A stretch of DNA of 64,000 bases from Nitrospirales bacterium (GTDB lineage Bacteria > Nitrospirota > Nitrospiria > Nitrospirales > UBA8639): NCBI GenBank assembly GCA_965223295.1, contig CBDCWC010000003.1, positions 320,001 through 384,000 on the forward strand. The letters are read 5' to 3'. This document shows positions 60,570 through 64,000 of this stretch, in pieces (the first letter of the stretch is position 1; every line of letters begins with the position of its first letter). Below the pieces are notes generated by a model that saw only the letters and a program-made list of their open reading frames with translations, searched no databases and was not told the DNA's origin. Position numbers and translations under genes: made by a program.

Positions 60570-63497
60570 ATGAGTCGTCTTTCACTTGCGTTATCAAAAA
60601 CCACTTTTCGCAGCCGAAAGAATGTTGAACGTACTCTGAAGAAGATCAATTACGATCCTGTAGAATTGGCCCCTGCTTTCCTAAATATATGTAATGAAAG
60701 TCAAGAGAATGGTGTAAAGCTAGCTGAAGCCTACGCCGTTGGACTAAAAGATTCCGAGCAGCATCGTGAAGTGTTTCAGCAGGTTTCATTAATGCCAAAA
60801 ACAGTACGCAAATCCTTCATCAAAGGGTATTGCAATGTGGGACAGGGTCGAGGCGTCGTGCATGCCATCAGTCAATTACCTCGGACACAGGGGCGCACAC
60901 TTATGGAAGATTTTGTAATAAAAGAGGACAAATCGAAGAATGAAGCTGCTATTGAGGAAGTTTTGTATTGGTTACGTGATGCGGGCAGAGAAATGCGAAG
61001 ACTTGAAGCGGACCATGCCCAATCAATACCGCTTGCCGGAAGTGATTCTGCTGTAATTGAATTCTTTGAGGATGTTGCTGATGCAATTTCTGATGCCGTA
61101 ACTGCAGTGGTTGATGCAATTGTGAGCGTTGCGGAAACGCTAGCCGAAGCAATCGTTGACGTTGTCAACTGGGTGGCTGAAGAAGTGGCCGATCTTGTTC
61201 GAGCCTTAATAGAAGCTGGCAAGACTATCTTCGATCTATTAGAAGCAGCTGTTCAGACTGGTTATCAACTTGCGAAGAAGATAATAAAGGCTTTGGAGGA
61301 CGTTGGAAAGGCAATGCGGGAGATTCTTGAATCAGCATTCAATTTAGCTAAGGATGCTCTCGTTACTGTATTGAAAGCAATTGACCAGTTGGGACGTACG
61401 TTGGGTGAACTTCTCGCGGAGCTTGCGACGAAGACATTTGATATTGTCAGAAAGGGTATCGAGGCATTGTTGGAAATTGGAAAATCAATTGGAAATATTC
61501 TGCAGCAGGCGCTGGAATTTGGTGCAACATTAATCACAAATACCGTCAGAACGCTCTTAGAAGTAGGGAAAACAGCGCTAGAAATACTGGTGGCTGCAGT
61601 CACCCGCCCTGGTCAATTATTCGATCAAGTCGTCGCGTCGCTCAAAAATCTTGGTAAAACCGTCACGGAACTTTTTGATGATGTAGTGAACGCTGGCGCT
61701 GACCTTATCCGCGAGGTTGCTGAAGCAGCAGCCAATGTAGGAACGGCCATTGCAGAGTTTACATCGTATATAGCCCAAGCCACTATTGAGGTTGCAACCA
61801 AGATTGTAGAAGGGTTACTAAAAGCAGGGAAAACACTAGTAGACATGGTAGCTTCCATCGCCCAACACGGATTTGAGGCAATAAGGAAGGTTGTTGATTC
61901 TGTCTTCAAGCTAGGAAAAAGCTTTATCGGTCTGCTTCGTGATGTGGCAAAACTTGCTTTTGATTCGCTTAAAGATGTTGTGCGTGCCGCTTTTGATCTA
62001 GGGAAGACGATAGCAGAGTTCACACTTTCGATGGTGGAATTCACCTATCGCACGGCCGCGAGGTTCATCCAAGCTGCTCTGGAGGTTGGTGCAACTGTGG
62101 CTGAAGTGCTCGAGAGCGTGGTCTCGAAGACATATTATGTGCTGCGTAAGATTGTAAATGGGGTACTGCAGGCTTTGGGGCCTGTCGGAGATATTTTTCA
62201 GTGGTTAATAGATCGTGGAGAGGAGCTAGCTTCGAAATTATGGCGTGAAACAGTTCTTGCAATCCGCTTTGTAAAGAAAAGTGTTACCGAGGTGTTGGAT
62301 TGGGCTTTTGCCAAGGGTCAAATTTTTTTAGATCGAATGATAGAAATTGTTGAAGATATCGGTGAAGCAATAATTGACATAATCGAGTGGGCGCAAGCTA
62401 CTGGTGATGCAGCTCTTGAGGCGCTAGGGGAGGCAACCGTTCGAGCGCGCAACTCGGTAAATTACGTTCTCAGCTATCTTGAAAAGGATCTTATCCCTGG
62501 TATAGCCAAGTTTGTGAAGGGTGTTCTTCAAGCCGGCTATGAAATTGGACGACTGGTTGCCTGGATGGCAAGCCGTAGCCTTCAGATCGTTACCGAGGTT
62601 GTTAAGGCGTCTCTTGAGGCGGGAGTTACCTTGGCGGTACTAATTACAGAAACAGTAGCGCATCCTGACCAAGCATTAGAGAATCTTTTGAGAGCTGCCC
62701 GCACTCTGGGGCAAACACTTGAGGATATCTATCAGGCCGTTATTGTAGAAACAGAAGAGCAATTTCTGGAACAAGTGACGCTGACCTTAAACAACCTAGA
62801 AGAGCCAGTCAGAGATATAATTGAAGCAGTTGCTGAAACAGCCACGGGAGCAATAAGTGCCACTATTAGTATTCTCCTGAACGAATTAGCTACTTATAGA
62901 CCGCTGACAGAAAATGAGAAAATGGACGCTAGAGTTGTCTATGGTGATACCATTGACCTCGAAAACACCTATATTTCTGCTGAGAGTTTAGTAAACAAAA
63001 TCATTTTCGGCATCCAAGACTGGGCCACAGGTAATCCTACCTCACGTGCATTTGTCACGAATAACCTCATTAATTTTGATGTTAATGAGGCAATTGATAT
63101 TGATGGCCAAGGCACTTTAGGAGTTAAGAGATCTACATTCATTCATGAATTGAGTCACGTATGGCAATCCGAAGTTGAAGGACCTTTTTATATGTCAGAA
63201 GCCATTCATGCACAAGCTGTAGGTGGTGGCTATAACTATGGATATAACGAATCTCTGGGGAATATCGCTGTGCCCATAGACTATATTGGAACTACAGAAA
63301 TGCTAAATAATGGTTTTTCGACAGGAGAAGGAGGCCAGGATGCACTCAATACAGCCGCTGGAGATTTCGATGAATTCAATCGTGAGCAGCAAGGGCAGAT
63401 TGCCATGCACTACTTTGTCAGGAGAGTGCTACTTAATCAAACTCCAACAGAGTATGAACCTTGGCAACCCTATGTTAATGCTATACAAGCAGCATAA
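60570..63497 (+). CDS. Alpha-helical 29-aa repeat protein with C-terminal HExxH metallopeptidase-like domain
   Basis: GGAGGGG RBS; about 20 repeats over residues 188-773; FIHELSHVWQ at residues 857-866. Confidence 0.88.
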   Translation: MSRLSLALSKTTFRSRKNVERTLKKINYDPVELAPAFLNICNESQENGVKLAEAYAVGLKDSEQHREVFQQVSLMPKTVRKSFIKGYCNVGQGRGVVHAISQLPRTQGRTLMEDFVIKEDKSKNEAAIEEVLYWLRDAGREMRRLEADHAQSIPLAGSDSAVIEFFEDVADAISDAVTAVVDAIVSVAETLAEAIVDVVNWVAEEVADLVRALIEAGKTIFDLLEAAVQTGYQLAKKIIKALEDVGKAMREILESAFNLAKDALVTVLKAIDQLGRTLGELLAELATKTFDIVRKGIEALLEIGKSIGNILQQALEFGATLITNTVRTLLEVGKTALEILVAAVTRPGQLFDQVVASLKNLGKTVTELFDDVVNAGADLIREVAEAAANVGTAIAEFTSYIAQATIEVATKIVEGLLKAGKTLVDMVASIAQHGFEAIRKVVDSVFKLGKSFIGLLRDVAKLAFDSLKDVVRAAFDLGKTIAEFTLSMVEFTYRTAARFIQAALEVGATVAEVLESVVSKTYYVLRKIVNGVLQALGPVGDIFQWLIDRGEELASKLWRETVLAIRFVKKSVTEVLDWAFAKGQIFLDRMIEIVEDIGEAIIDIIEWAQATGDAALEALGEATVRARNSVNYVLSYLEKDLIPGIAKFVKGVLQAGYEIGRLVAWMASRSLQIVTEVVKASLEAGVTLAVLITETVAHPDQALENLLRAARTLGQTLEDIYQAVIVETEEQFLEQVTLTLNNLEEPVRDIIEAVAETATGAISATISILLNELATYRPLTENEKMDARVVYGDTIDLENTYISAESLVNKIIFGIQDWATGNPTSRAFVTNNLINFDVNEAIDIDGQGTLGVKRSTFIHELSHVWQSEVEGPFYMSEAIHAQAVGGGYNYGYNESLGNIAVPIDYIGTTEMLNNGFSTGEGGQDALNTAAGDFDEFNREQQGQIAMHYFVRRVLLNQTPTEYEPWQPYVNAIQAA

Positions 63498-63511
63498 CAT
63501 CTTAACTCCTC

Positions 63512-64000
63512 ATGGTCATAACAATTGTCACTCCAGCTTCGGCCATAAGGCCACTGGAACCACTACTGCAAGCATACCGCCGAAAGAACTATTCCGTATG
63601 CTTTGAGATAGCAAAAGATTTCTCAATGTTGCCTCAGTTTTTACAGAGGATTACAGAAAAAACGGATGCCACATTAGTTATTGGCCCACGAAAACGATCC
63701 CCCAGGACAGCCATACGTGGGCCTGTATTAAGGTGTGGTGGGGGAAAGTTGATCCCTGTTGGATATGTTCCCGATATGGGAGGGAAAGCCCTAAATGTTT
63801 TTGCTCAAACAGCAGCCCATATTCATCAACGAGTACCCGCATTACAACCTATTGCTATTCTTTCTCAATGGAATCCGCAATATCTGAGACTCGCAACCCG
63901 AATAGAAGACCTTCTCCGAATACAAAAAAACCCTGTATTTCGTTGGACAAGTGATTTAATCCTTCGGGAAGACATGGTTCCTGGCCTAAGATCGGGGTTA
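63512..64000 (+). CDS. Partial ORF, probable peptidase C25 (gingipain-like) family; runs off the window
   Basis: 163 open codons from ATG 63512 (MVITIVTPASAIRPLEPLL..TLVIGP..IPVGYVP..REDMVPGLRSGL); starts 14 nt after the previous stop. Confidence 0.65.
   Translation, partial: MVITIVTPASAIRPLEPLLQAYRRKNYSVCFEIAKDFSMLPQFLQRITEKTDATLVIGPRKRSPRTAIRGPVLRCGGGKLIPVGYVPDMGGKALNVFAQTAAHIHQRVPALQPIAILSQWNPQYLRLATRIEDLLRIQKNPVFRWTSDLILREDMVPGLRSGL

Noticed and set aside
60872-62262. Antisense ORFs inside the 975-aa gene, and the many similar shadow ORFs across the window
   Set aside because: They overlap well-supported genes and have no motifs of their own.
60570-63497. Phage tape-measure protein
   Set aside because: No tail genes nearby; the strict 29-aa period with turn residues fits a solenoid better.
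1-64000. CRISPR array, rRNA or prophage
   Set aside because: No regularly spaced repeat-spacer array, rRNA-like sequence, cas genes or phage structural genes seen.

Overview
Bacterial chromosomal window. Gene content and order suggest Nitrospirota, but this is inference and was not checked by search. Positions 1-53,964 are mostly housekeeping and signalling genes: two sigma-70 factors around a CusRS-like two-component pair, a GGDEF-EAL protein and a hybrid kinase, an oxidoreductase/TVP38/DUF3047 cluster, addAB-like genes, comEC, glmM-folP-ftsH-hpt-tilS-ribF, heme genes, tRNA-Leu(CAA), recG, rpmB, a PEP-CTERM gene and lnt-prfB-lysS-lolCD. Five copies of two MITE-like families are scattered through this part. 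One family carries nested REP-like inserts, and both share an ERIC-like GGAG-stem-TGA core. From about 54,000 to the end is an accessory island: an AT-rich methyltransferase split by an intact IS256, an IS481 remnant, a decayed haloalkane dehalogenase and a HigBA-type toxin-antitoxin pair. The most novel-looking locus is at the end: a 975-aa protein of about 20 tandem 29-residue helical repeats with a C-terminal HExxH metallopeptidase domain, followed 14 nt later by an ORF missing from the track that resembles a C25 (gingipain-like, caspase-fold) peptidase and runs off the window.
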